A stretch of DNA of 59,782 nucleotides, counting the filler, from Platydemus manokwari (lineage: Eukaryota): assembly GCA_037951405.1 (NCBI GenBank). It is 5 parts of 5 records of this genome, joined end to end, with 100 filler letters (N's around TTAATTAATTAA, not from the genome) between each part and the next. Parts side by side here need not be neighbours in the genome. Positions count along the whole stretch, not along the records: positions 27,993 to 39,004 come from JBBMOY010978862.1; positions 39,105 to 48,658 come from JBBMOY011233430.1; positions 48,759 to 59,782 come from JBBMOY010966640.1; 2 more parts are not named here. One strand, 5' to 3'. Below, in pieces: positions 38,665 to 51,080 of the stretch. A program made the position numbers and the translations under genes. Every line of letters begins with the position of its first letter. Positions within the stretch are counted from its first letter, which is position 1. A model generated the notes under the pieces. The model ran no database searches and had not been told where the DNA came from. It saw nothing but the letters and a program-made list of their open reading frames with translations.

Positions 38665-39004
38665 CCATAATCACCCAAGTATAATGCCTTCCCAAGCATA
38701 ATGCTCCCCCTACTTTTAAATTTAAAAACTGGTCTTTTTGACATACCAAGGTATAACGCTCCCCTAAGTTTTCAAATTTTTCTGTTAAAAAATTAAGAAT
38801 TTTTGTGAATAAAATTTTATTTCAGACAATTACATTTTCAATCAGAAATTACTTTGTTATCAAGGTCTGAAGGTAGCTTTTGAACGATTTTTGTCTTCTG
38901 CTTTAGGCTTAGGCCATTTTTCTTCAAGAACCTGTGGACCCAATTTAGAGAAGCCTTGAAACTTGGATCTCTCTTCCTTTTGAGAGCCTCTAGCTGGATA
39001 TGAA
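38665..39004 (-). mobile_element. pogo/Tigger-type DNA transposon fragment running into a gap
   Basis: TA followed by CCATAATCACCCAAGTATAATGC, with repeated TATAA(T/C)GC subterminal motifs. The minus strand encodes a CENP-B-type HTH: FKASLNWVHRFLKKNGLSLKQKTKIVQKLPSDLDNK. Confidence 0.82.
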
Positions 39005-39104
39005 NNNNNNNNNNNNNNNNNNNNNNNNNNNNNNNNNNNNNNNNNNNNTTAATTAATTAANNNNNNNNNNNNNNNNNNNNNNNNNNNNNNNNNNNNNNNN
39101 NNNN
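39005..39104. other. assembly gap with TTAATTAATTAA linker
   Basis: N44-linker-N44. Confidence 0.97.
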
Positions 39105-39887
39105 CTTGCTATATATTTTTAAATGGTCTCAATGTTGCTAATAATATTGAAACGAATTTTATTCGATTTATGAATGTGTTTCACAAAGAAATTTCATTAC
39201 ACTTAAACAATATATTATTAATTTATTTAACTGATTTCTCGAGGACAAAAATAATCTCTATTAATCTTCAAATCTTCGAGTTTATTCTTCGATGGATTAA
39301 TATTCCCCGAGTAATTCTTTGAATAATGAAGAGAGAAATTTGATTGAATTACCACCGATTAATATCGTATTTGTGTAATTCCGACAGAATTTATAAACAA
39401 TTTTTAGTTTCATACGGTGAAGATTGCGTGATATTGTTAGAGAAAATCAAATCCACCGTTAAACGAAATGGTTAATTTAAAACCGAGCAACATAGTTTGT
39501 CTAATTGGTTAGTTTTAAAGAGTTACACAATTACAAAAGTATTCTCAAATTTTACTTGACTGATAATTTAATTTTGATTGGTTTAGCTTGAGTTTTCTAA
39601 TTTCTAAATCAATGATTGTCAAAACTCAATTCTCAGAAGATACTTACCTTACACTAATTGCACTGACACAACTTATTCAGTTGTCACATGCACATTTGAC
39701 ACCCAGCATTTTGTAACATCTCATCCGTTGACCACATTTCAACAATATTGGACGCAAATCCGATGCTGATGCTAAAAGATGAAGAGAAAAATCACAAATT
39801 AAAGTCAATTTGACGACAAAATTGTCTTATATTTGAATCAAGTAAGAAAATACAAAAAAATGATGTAATATATGAAATAGAGTGATG

Positions 39888-41020
39888 TGTGAGATATTTT
39901 AAATGAATTAAATTTTTAAATCAAATTTAATGCTAATTTCATATAAAATCACATTTATATAAAATTAAATTTATTTGTTTAAATATTTGTGGGTTGAAGT
40001 TAAAAAATAGGGTCTTTAAATAAAATTTTAAAATTGTGGAGTGTATTGCAAAATCTATATAGATTATTTAATTAAATTCATAAATAACATTTTGAATTTT
40101 TCATTTAAGTATTTGAGTAAAATTTTAGTTATTTAGAATCAAATAATACATGCACAGGATTTTCTAGAAAATAATTATTTGAAAAAAGGGTCAAAGTAGG
40201 TTAAAGCGCGATTAATTGAAATTGAAATAATCAGAATGATATCTAAGATTTTTAGAGTTATTTTATAAAAAAAGTGTCTTCTAAATTATTGGGAAGTGCC
40301 AGGAACAAGGTACTTTTTTCTCGAAATAAGTATATTAATATCTTTATAATAGATTGGATACATAGATCCCAAACCTGTCAATGTTGTAATCAAATGAAGA
40401 TTTGATCCATATCAAATAAATCGTACAACTGAAGATGCCACAAATATACAAGTTTCGGAGTTAAAATAGGGACTTGATTCAACAATTCAGCTTTGTCCCT
40501 TTTCGACATTCTGAATTTTTGAAGTATTTTTGGTGCACGGGCTCACACAAAAAATTATATTTACAAAATGGCATCCATTAGTAAACTAACAAGCAACAAA
40601 TATTGACAATTTTCATTAAATTAAAATCAACAATTTAAAATTATTTATTGAGATGCAACAAAATTTGTAGATTCCTCGCCAATAAAAACATATCTTGGCA
40701 TCGAATATAATTCCAAGTCTAAATATCATCATAGAAATTGACGAGAAATGTTTTGAAAGTTCCAAATATTGTAGAAGGAATTGAAGACATGGAATTTTGA
40801 TAATTGGAGTTGATTTTTGGTTTTTAATTTAAAATTGAATTTTATGTAAAAATTTCATTAAAAAATGATTTCAAACAAATTTTAATATCAAATAACTCAC
40901 GAAAAGTCGTTACTTTAAAATTGTGTCAAAGGACTATTTTTCTTATTTAAGCCGATTTTTGATGTCTTGACTTTTCAGTTCGTTTTTAATGTGTGGTTTT
41001 TAAAATAGTAGCGGCTAACA
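39888..41020 (+). mobile_element. LTR of the TRIM family, split by a Merlin insertion
   Basis: 5' half 39888-39990 (TGTGAGATATTTTAAATGAATT..TTGTTTAAATATTTGT) and 3' half 40954-41020 (TTGATGTCTTGACTTTTCAGTTCGTTTT..AGTAGCGGCTAACA) both match the LTR at 9332-9515. Confidence 0.7.
39991..40953 (+). mobile_element. degraded Merlin (IS1016/IS1595-like) DNA transposon
   Basis: Imperfect GG-start TIRs (GGGTTGAAGTTAAAAAATAGGGTCTTT versus reverse complement GGCTTAAATAAGAAAAATAGTCCTTT). Pseudo-ORF with zinc ribbon TCQCCNQM..*RC..GT*FNNSALSL and catalytic-type motif IIIEIDEKCFESSKYCRR (consensus VEIDESKFGKRKYNRG). Confidence 0.78.
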
Positions 41021-42024
41021 TATTCGTAACAGCCAATACAATCCATAGACATATGAATCCATAATCGTGTAATATTACAAGTAAAATTCTTCAGAAGATA
41101 TGTTTTAAAAAACCTTTGATTTTTTTATCGTTTCTCTTTTCATTGAATTATTTATTTATTTTTTCTCCAATTACATATATTTTATTTATGTTTTCTGTAT
41201 CAAATTTTTATCTCTATATAAATCTCTATTTAGTCTTTATATCTTCTCTAGCCTAGCTAATTTTTCCTGTATTCTCTAAAATTTTATAAAATATGAATTG
41301 GATACAAAACGAAAAAAAGTATATTTTTGTGAAGATATTCTATCAAATTAAATCGATTATTTTTATTATTTAATGGTCATTGATTTTCTATTTAAAATAA
41401 TCATTTAATATTCTCACAATAGCAATAATAATGTCAAAAATAATAAATTAATAATGATAATATTTATTAATAATTATTGTTTTACAGAACATTACAAAAA
41501 GACCAAACAAACTCGCCGATGTAGATAAAAAAGAAAATAATAGCTATTAAGAATTTTTTTACAGTGAAACATTGAGAATAACAATGGATTAGAAATTTAT
41601 TTGTTCATTAAATATTTCATCTGGTCAATTATTGATTGTTGGCGTATCATGAATTTCAACCGAATTACGTAGTCGTTAAATTTAAAACATTCCTTTAATC
41701 AGATAATTAGTTTTCATTCTCTTCAGATCTTAAATATTTAATAAAACGTCGACAATTGCCATTGTTCAATTATCTTTCAATCGTTTTTCAAAAGTTTCAA
41801 AAATTTTCCAATCACCATCAGCATTTATTTTACCAAAGATAACGGTCTGAATATTCACACCAGTTATTTAAATAAAAGATCTAGTGTTCTCAAATATTTG
41901 TTTAACTTTGAGATTATTTTTGGTTTTATTGAAACATTTTTTTATAAGTTAGAATTGAATTGGTGGCTTAAAATTGAAAATAATGAACATTTTAATTTTA
42001 TCAAAAAATCATGTGTTTAAATTA

Positions 42025-42155
42025 CTTTTCAATTCTCTTCCGTTATTCTGGTTGTAAATGCCTCGATTTCGTGGATTGATAAAGCGCTGTGAATGGTTAA
42101 CAGTATCAAGTTGATAACCAATGCTTGAAAGACAGCTGTAAGTCCTCCGATAAAA
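42025..42155 (-). mobile_element. Merlin transposase C-terminal fragment
   Basis: RTYSCLSSIGYQLDTVNHSQRFINPRNRGIYNQN matches the Merlin/IS1595 motif AYxxL..GY.H.TVNHS..FV.P..G.HTQ. Confidence 0.72.
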
Positions 42156-45100
42156 CGTATTAAATTCAATTAAATATTAAGTTATTAATGAAATAATAAT
42201 TTTATTTTGATCGCCTAATTAATGGCCTTCAAAATTTTCATGAGTCTGTTTGCGTGTAAACATAAAAATTAATTCTTTTATCGGAAATTTTTATATCATA
42301 ATAAATTACATAAAATATTTGTTTTAATTTTTATGACATTTTTTTACTATTTTATGGGGATTTGTCTATTCATGAAATTCATTTTACGTACTCCGACGTG
42401 TAAGTAAAATTGTTTAGGATGGATAATAAAGATAGTCAAAATATTGTTGGGATACTTCTAAACAATTAATTAAACTTGACTCCAAAATAGAAGGCTAATA
42501 ATACATATTCTGGTGTACTATTCTATACATAAACTATACTCCAAAAATTATCAAACAACTTCCAATCTGCAGCAGGTCATCTTTACATCGATTTTTGTAA
42601 TATTTTTTGATATGTTATATCTTGATTTGATCGTTGCCTTTCCATATTCTTAATGGATTTTTAAGGTTTTGCACGAGTGAGATTGGTCAATCCCTATTGG
42701 ACAATCCACTCTAGCTTCACTATGATTGACTGATTGCTATGCTCGCATGGTTGACTACGCATGCAAACGTTAAAACTGATTAAACAAGGGTTCCAAGGTT
42801 CAAATTTGTTTTTCATTTTTCAGAATTTCATATCAGTCAACAATATATTTCCACATACTTGTGTACCATATATGTGTTTATTTAAATTTCAAGTAAATTT
42901 TAAATATAATAAATCGATTTTAGAAACTCCTAGTACGTTTAATAATAAAATAAATTATAAAAAATTTTAGAATCTCTACGATTCCTTCTTTAATTTCCCC
43001 ACAGTATTAACTTGTGGTAGATAATGAAATACCAGAAACAGCGTTCGTTTATTAATATCTGGTTCTTGCTGTCATTACTGTATATAGACGTGATGTAATT
43101 ATTATTTAACGAATTTGAGTTTCCTTTTTGATTAAATTAAGTAGAAATGTCTACAAAACCTGTCTATCGACAACCTACTGATTTGAAGTTGTAATTATTC
43201 TAAGAAGCAAACCCTATTATTTTCTACTTTTGATTATCGAATCTGTTAATATGAACTCATTAATAAATTTGTAACGAAATATTCTTAACCAAATATCAAA
43301 CTAATTTAAAAGGCACATTATTATCAAAATTCGAGAAATATTTCATTCTATTTTGAAAAACAATAACCGTTTCTATATGAACAGTTCCATTCATTGAACT
43401 GGCAGCATAAATGTTGAAAAAAACAATATATCGTCTCAATTATACTGTCAACAATGACATGAAGAGTTGATAAATATTCATCTCAATTATCAATGTCTGA
43501 TTTTTATAACGATAAACTGCTTTCACCGATCAATAATAAATTTAAGAAATAAATTAAAATGGTTTCGCACATAAATCAAACATTGCTGATCCACATTTTT
43601 ATTACCCAATAAAATACAAAAACCTACAAATACAAGTTGACGCAATCAGACTAAAGAGGCAATTAATATAATAACAACTTCTTTCGATTTGCAATTATAT
43701 GTTTGGTGAATTTAAAATTGCAATGAATTATATAATCCATTGAGATGTCGTTTAATGTTTGCTTTGAGTCTGAGAACAGTAAAAGCATAACTGAAATTAA
43801 AATCCGCCGATTTATTCCAATGTATTCAACAAAGAAAAATTAATTTACATATTTTGTAATCGCTTTAATTAATTGTTGTTCTTAAAAACATTGTTTTTCA
43901 ATTTTAAAAATATTAATGCGAGAATATTTTTCGAATTAATAATATTTATTATCTTGGAATCGATATCAAGATTTCTACGGAATTATCTATCGATTAAGTA
44001 ACAAAATCGATTTCTGTAGAGAGAGAAACGAGAATAATTATTATCTATTAATAAGCGCTTGTTCTGATGTTATATATACATATATATTCAGAAAATTTTA
44101 TTCACTTAATTCCTGACGATTTATACAAAAATTATAATTAAAAATATTAATTTCAATAAATCCTTTAATAATTCTAATAAGTACGTTTTGTGGAATGTTT
44201 ATTTGATATGTAAACATACGCCTCATTCACTTTCATTGGTCGCATAGCTGTAGGGATTTGTTGTAATTTTATTTTGGTTTCAGATAAACATATCCCTTAA
44301 AATACTCATGACAATATTCAAGATAAAATAAGGCATGAAAAAGTTCATGAATTGAAATAACTGGCATGTTGATTAAGCATATGATTCGGTTGATAATCCT
44401 AGGCCGTTCCTGATGCATAGCTCATCAAAAATATCATTTTCTTTATATTTGAAAATTTATTTCCGAAAAAACATCAAGAGTTAATTGACGATTTACATAT
44501 AAATAAAATTAATATTGTTTACTCAGGAATTTTATTGATTTCATTTATATATTGATAATTTATGGTAATATTATTCTAACTAAGGAATTATTGAATGTAA
44601 TACTATGTCAGATAGAACAATTTAAAATTTTAAATGATTAATTCGTCTAAATCAGTGACTTCGACAATATTTTGTATGAAAGAAGAGCTTGTATCAAAAC
44701 GTAAGATGAAAATAGAAATGTTTTTGAATGCCAAAATTTATTCGGCCCATCGCATTAAACATCACGAGTCTCATAAATGATAAACGATTAAAACATGTTA
44801 TGATAAAACGAATATTAAGCTGGTAATTAAACAGTTATTAAAATATATTCTAGCTACAAAACATCGATAAATCAAAGCTTTGTGGGATGAATTGAATTAG
44901 AAACATAGCAAGTTATTGTAATATTAAAGGATTATTCGTTGTATTGAAAATATTGTTCAAAGAAATAATAACTTTCATACAGCCCGGAATGATTTCAAAA
45001 CGAAGATTAACGTAGAGACTTAGCTATTGAGTTGAAATAACAAACTGCTTAAATACGTTGGATGGAGTTTTACAAAGCTCAAAATAATCAATGAGCTACA

Positions 45101-48100
45101 TGTATGAAAATTATTTATAACTAGGCTTATTCTCCTGTAGAAATGTGTTAAAAAGATTTTATTTAGTTTCTATTATTCAATAAATATGAAAGATTCTGCC
45201 GAAGAATTACACACGCAAGTAATCGAACTTCAGTCAAATACCAAATTCATAATTAACCAACAATATTTTGAGTAAATATCTGCTATACAAGACATTTATC
45301 ATTATGTCATTGAATATATTACGCAATAAATAAAAGTTCATATTAAACCAACGGAAAAATAACGTAACGACGAATCGCTGAAATTCCACTTGTAGCAAAT
45401 CAAGGTATGATTTTGATAAACTCAGAAAATGCAAATCCTTTCGTTAATTTTTGTAAATATTAAGTTAAGTATTCAAACTGATAATAATAATAATAATAAA
45501 TTCTTGTAATTTAGCGAGTAATTATAAGAATTATGTTTAAAAGCCGTAAGCACTTAAATATGAATCGATGATACAAAGTTGGGAAGGGTTTTCCAATGGT
45601 TTAGATAGTCCTCTGTAGAATTTTGTATCTTTCAGTGAACGAGAGCGTGCGCTTGGATCGGCATTGACACTCGTATTGATATCTATTTTATTAATCTCGT
45701 TTGATAACAAATGGTTCAATTACCCTAAGCTTTGCGGTCGAATTAGCTATGGTGGTATTTGCTTATGCTAATTATTTATGTGACCAATAATATCGATGAC
45801 AATCGTCAGTATGACAAGTATTTGATGTCATACTCTCAAACATATAGATTCTTTTGTTTTATAACAAATTTAATTGTACTGAATTTTTAAAATTGTTACT
45901 CAAATCTTTGATATTTTAAATCTTATATAAGCTCATTTTTATAATTATTTTTCAACATGATTTTTAATTAATTTTTATTTTATGAAAATATAATTTATAT
46001 TTATTTTGATTTAATAGAAATTTATTTATAAAATTTAAAATAATAATTGTTTTTTGATTTTTTAGATTTAATATTTTTTTATTTGTTTAACATTATTATT
46101 ATTTATTAGACTTTATTTATCTATTTATTTATAAATATTAATATAATTATTAATTTTATTTAATAGATTTAATATTATTTATAAGTTTCCTTTGGATTTG
46201 AGAATTATCTGCACATTATCAAAATATTATTCTAATTAATCAACTACGCTGTATTACCCTGTGTTTAAATTATTGATTTTCTCATTATAATTTTGGTATA
46301 TATATTTGACATATTATTTTGATTATTATATTGAGGTCATTATTATTATGTGTTTGATTCCAGATGACAAAGGTAAAAATTTTAAAACCTTCTGACTCAA
46401 TTTGATAGTTAGCCCTGATCTTTCTAGCTTGAATCTCAGCCGTAAATTATTATAATAAATTAGCAAATCTTCAACGATATAATAATTATCTAATAATTAA
46501 TAAATCAAATAATTATTAAATATAATCCAATCTCAATCAAGATAGAGCCAAATTATCAAAGATGATTCAAATATTGATAAAAAGCGAAGTATGATTATGA
46601 AGCATATTAAATTGCGAATATTACTGGCGACATGAATACAAAAACCATAAAAGCCATCTATTAATAATTGTCTTTATCTATCGATAAAACAAGTTGTTTA
46701 TTCTTTAAAGACTATCATATAACATGTATAGGTCTCCAAAATAACATACGATATTGTTCTATATTAATAATGGGATTTGCTAAAGCTATATCAAAAATAA
46801 AAGAAAATTTTCTAGCTTACCTAAAATAATAAAACGAAAGCTACAAATTCCGAGTGTTTTAGAATGACAAGAGAAATATAATATCATTAAATGTTGCATT
46901 GTGAAGTTCTGCAAGTACTCTAGAACACATTAATTAATATAAAATGCCACTAATTGATGATAGTTAACCTCAAAGAGTAGGTCATAAATATGAAGCAACC
47001 CCGGTAATTTCAGAGTGTTTAAGTTTGGAAATCTGTATTCATCGATTTTCAGTAATTTGGCAGTGAGTTGACTTTATTCATTACTTGCTATGTATTCCAT
47101 TTCCAATTCCTTATTTTTGGTATCCGAGTCAATTTATAGATAAATTAACCCAAAATTATCTAAATTTAGGACTTCTTAAACATTATTTATATTATAAAAT
47201 TTTAATTATTCATTTTATAAAATGTTATAAAAATAGTAATTGAATTATTTTAAGTATTTATAAGTCATAAAATACATTTTTAATGTCATGATTTGCCTTC
47301 AGTGAAATCGAACTAACCAGTAACAATTTATCGAATACCTTAACTACTTAATTATAACATATATTCCAGTATTTTAATTCGAGATACATTACTATTAGAA
47401 TACCATTATTAGAATAGAATTTCATTTCCGTAATCATGATAATTTAAACTCTTTCTTTCAAACACAGAATCCACCTGACTATTTTGATATTTATTATCGT
47501 GGTAAATGGATTGGTTTAAGTTAAAGTTCAAAATCAAAAAACCGCGCTGAACGTAAAAATCATCTCAAATCAATCCATTGACAGTAGTCTCATATATTTC
47601 CGTTTTTGGCTTGATATTTTTTTTAATGTATCATAATCGTTTCAACTTGTTCGATGATATGAATTGTGGATTTTATTTGATGTATAACGCGATCAGTTTT
47701 CCGATAATCAATGGAAAAATAAAATTATCTATAAAATTACCTACAAAATAGAATTTATTGGTGTAGCATAATCGAAACGATATCAATTGAATGAATGATA
47801 TTTAAAATGGTAAGAGAGAAATCAAAACCACTTAAGCATGACATTAAAACATATATAAAAAGACGAGAAAGAGCCATTATAAATCTCTGATAAAACATCA
47901 ACCCAATTAGAGTAGAATAATTAAAATATTTTTCATTAATTGGTTTTATGATGAATTTTAAAAAAAATCTTTCAATTTATTCGTTTTAATAAAGTTTATT
48001 TATTATATTATTTACAATTGTTTTCTGTTGAGTGGAACAAACTAAAATTATTGAGATTTGTTCGAGAATGCACGGAATATATTTTTTTAATTCTATAATT

Positions 48101-48239
48101 GAGAAATTCTTAATTTTTTATTGATATTAGATATTTAATTATCGACGTTGTTCGTAGATTAACATTTGAAATCAATGGATTTTTTGAATATTATCGATTT
48201 TGAATATTTAATCAAAAATAATCCTTCCAGTAACATCGT

Positions 48240-48560
48240 TGTGAGAATGTATGATGAACTGAAATTTGAATAAATATTAAAATCAAATTTTATAAAATAT
48301 TATTTGGTGTCGTTCATTTTCAGTACGCTTGCAAAGTAGTAGCAGTTTACATGACAACCACGCATTTCATTTCGATTCTGATAAAGTCTATGACACGAAA
48401 GTATAGAAAAGAAGAAGGAAGATGTAGAAAAGAGGTAAAGAAAATGTAGAGAGGTTGCAAAGATGGTCTAGAGAAGAACAAGTAAATTTTTAAAGGTATA
48501 AAAGAACACAGAGAAAAGATATGTAAAGGATATCGATATGCTATAGAGAGCATATATCAG
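48240..48560 (+). mobile_element. partial copy of the TRIM family (short LTR, PBS and purine-rich internal region)
   Basis: TGTGAG..GTAGCAGTTTACA (48240-48351), then TGACAACCACGCAT and an AG-rich tract resembling 9516-9725. Confidence 0.7.
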
Positions 48561-48658
48561 GTGTACCGGTATGAAATGAGAGTTAAGATACAAATATGTT
48601 GGTAGGGAAGATTTGTTGTGAACAAGCCTTAATTTTTATTCTGTTTGGTTGGAATGAC

Positions 48659-48758
48659 NNNNNNNNNNNNNNNNNNNNNNNNNNNNNNNNNNNNNNNNNN
48701 NNTTAATTAATTAANNNNNNNNNNNNNNNNNNNNNNNNNNNNNNNNNNNNNNNNNNNN
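48659..48758. other. assembly gap with TTAATTAATTAA linker
   Basis: N44-linker-N44. Confidence 0.97.
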
Positions 48759-51080
48759 CACAAAACATGAATATAAATATTGAGACCGAGATGGTCAAAT
48801 GCCAGTGTATTGGAGGTCAGCATAGTTAGCTGTCAGAGTGTTAGATGTCATTTTGCGTTTATGTTGAACATTTTATTAGATTGTTTGGGGGTAAATTTGT
48901 ACATTTGTGATTAATAAATCATTTACAATTGTTTGTCATTTATATTCAACAATGTGAAGCAAAGATCTAATACAGGCAGAAACTTGCCAAAATCACATTG
49001 AAGACCTCATGTTGGGATAATGGTGCCTTAAAACAAATATTTTATATTTCGTTTGGCAAATAATTTGTTTCATTATCATTTCTACTATTTATTAAATTTA
49101 GCAAATCATTTGAAACTCAAAGCACCATCTATCATCATCTGCCACAGTTTAATATTAACCAGAATTCGTCATTTCACGATATTACTGTTGTGATCAATTT
49201 TCTTGTTCCATATAAGCACATATTTCTCAATGGTCGTCAGTTATTTATTACCATTGGGATTTTTAATTCGTTTTGTACAAATATTTAATTACCCAACAGG
49301 TTGGTTCTTTGCGTGATTAAGTAATTTTCAAAAAAATAACAAGATTAATAATAATTAAGAAAAATTATTTCTACCCAACTAATTTCAAAAATATTACAAC
49401 CTTTTTCAGCACTCATTTAAGAAATAAATGGAAGAAAGCAAACTCTTGTAGTTTAATTCATCAAATAATTCGCTTAGATAATATATAATTTATAAACTTA
49501 GTAATGGCCATATACAGTAAATTATTCTCAATGAAATTGTTTTACGTTTCTTCATTTCTAGTATTTTTAAGCTTTCTGTATTCACAGTATTCCAGTTAAC
49601 TAGAAATAGAAATTTGGTCAGAATTTCGTTATTTTTATCATAAAAACCAATAATACGATGTGTTAACGACTTTTCAAGTTATATTTGTTATATTATCTGA
49701 AATCATTATTCACTCAAACCTAATATTGATTAGCCAGAAATTGATAATTTGTACTATTTATCGATTTTATCAACATTCATATTTACAGCCTTAACATCAT
49801 TGTTCGTAATTCGTTCTAGGTCTAATAAGTGTTTTCTTTAATTAATTTATTTATTTTAGATTTTAAAAGATAATTTCTATATCAAAAAAGACTACATAAC
49901 AAAAGATTCCAAGTTTATTTATGTGTATAAAACTCCAGTTATGTGCACAGTTAAGAGATATTCAAATATTCTCGAATCAATATAGAGGATCATCCAGCCT
50001 TATTGAAAGATTTGATTACCAGTAAATCATCCATTTCTTGTAAGAGATTTGATCATGGCTTGTGAAAGATATATTCTAAATTTGAATAGTATTTTGTTAC
50101 TTCTTTTTTATATTTTTTTGTACTTTCACAGGTTTGTGGATATTGCTCTAATTTCACAATCACTGTGCGAGACTACAAAATTTCAATTATAAATAAATCT
50201 TTCCTCTCTTCACTGATTTTAAATATTTTACTTACTTATTTTAGTGAAGTATTGTAAATATCTAGTTCTTTTCTTTGTTGTTTACATAATTAATAAAATT
50301 CAATATAAATTTTATTTTAGAATAGAAGCTTTCATCTGTCATTCCAATCATTTTTACCAAAGGTTGTAAGATACTGTCGTGTTAAGTGAGACTCAATCTT
50401 GAAATAGAAAAACGGATTTTTAGCACGTTAAGCATTCGCATTCCTACCCAACCGTACAGTTATGGCAATCAATCAATAATAGTTGGGTTAAATGGAAAAC
50501 TATAATTGGAAAAAGGGACATAGCCACACAACAACACATACAAATGGATTAGCTAATCCTATATATATAATAATCAAAAGTCCAATTGAAACATGAGAAA
50601 GTTAAGATCAAATCAAAATGTGATACAAACATGACAGAAAATTTACACACAGATCTCGAGTATGAATACCAAAATGAAGATGGACAACTTCCAGTTGAAA
50701 GCCAAGTTTTTGTTGCGTCTTTGAGACATTGTATCGAGTTTTAGAGTCGTACAAAGTAGCATGAGTACCAGTTGAAAACCAATATTTGATTGTATTTTTG
50801 TGTTACTTTGTGAATCGTACTGATCAGGACGTGAATTAGAAATAAAGATTACAACTTTCGATTTTTGAAATCAGAAATTATTTCGTTTTTCAGAATTTAA
50901 GCCAGTAAAAAATAATAAAAATTTTAAATATCATATCATTATGTCAATATTAAACTAATATTAATCTTTTCAAATAAAAAATACAAAAAATTATTAAATC
51001 TATTATTACAAAATCAATTGTATAATAATCATATCACTATTGATGGTAATATAATCAATTATAATCGAAAACATAACATT

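Noticed and set aside
46350-46445. Mariner-like SPDL motif
   Set aside because: An isolated 4-residue match with no supporting catalytic context or paired TIRs.
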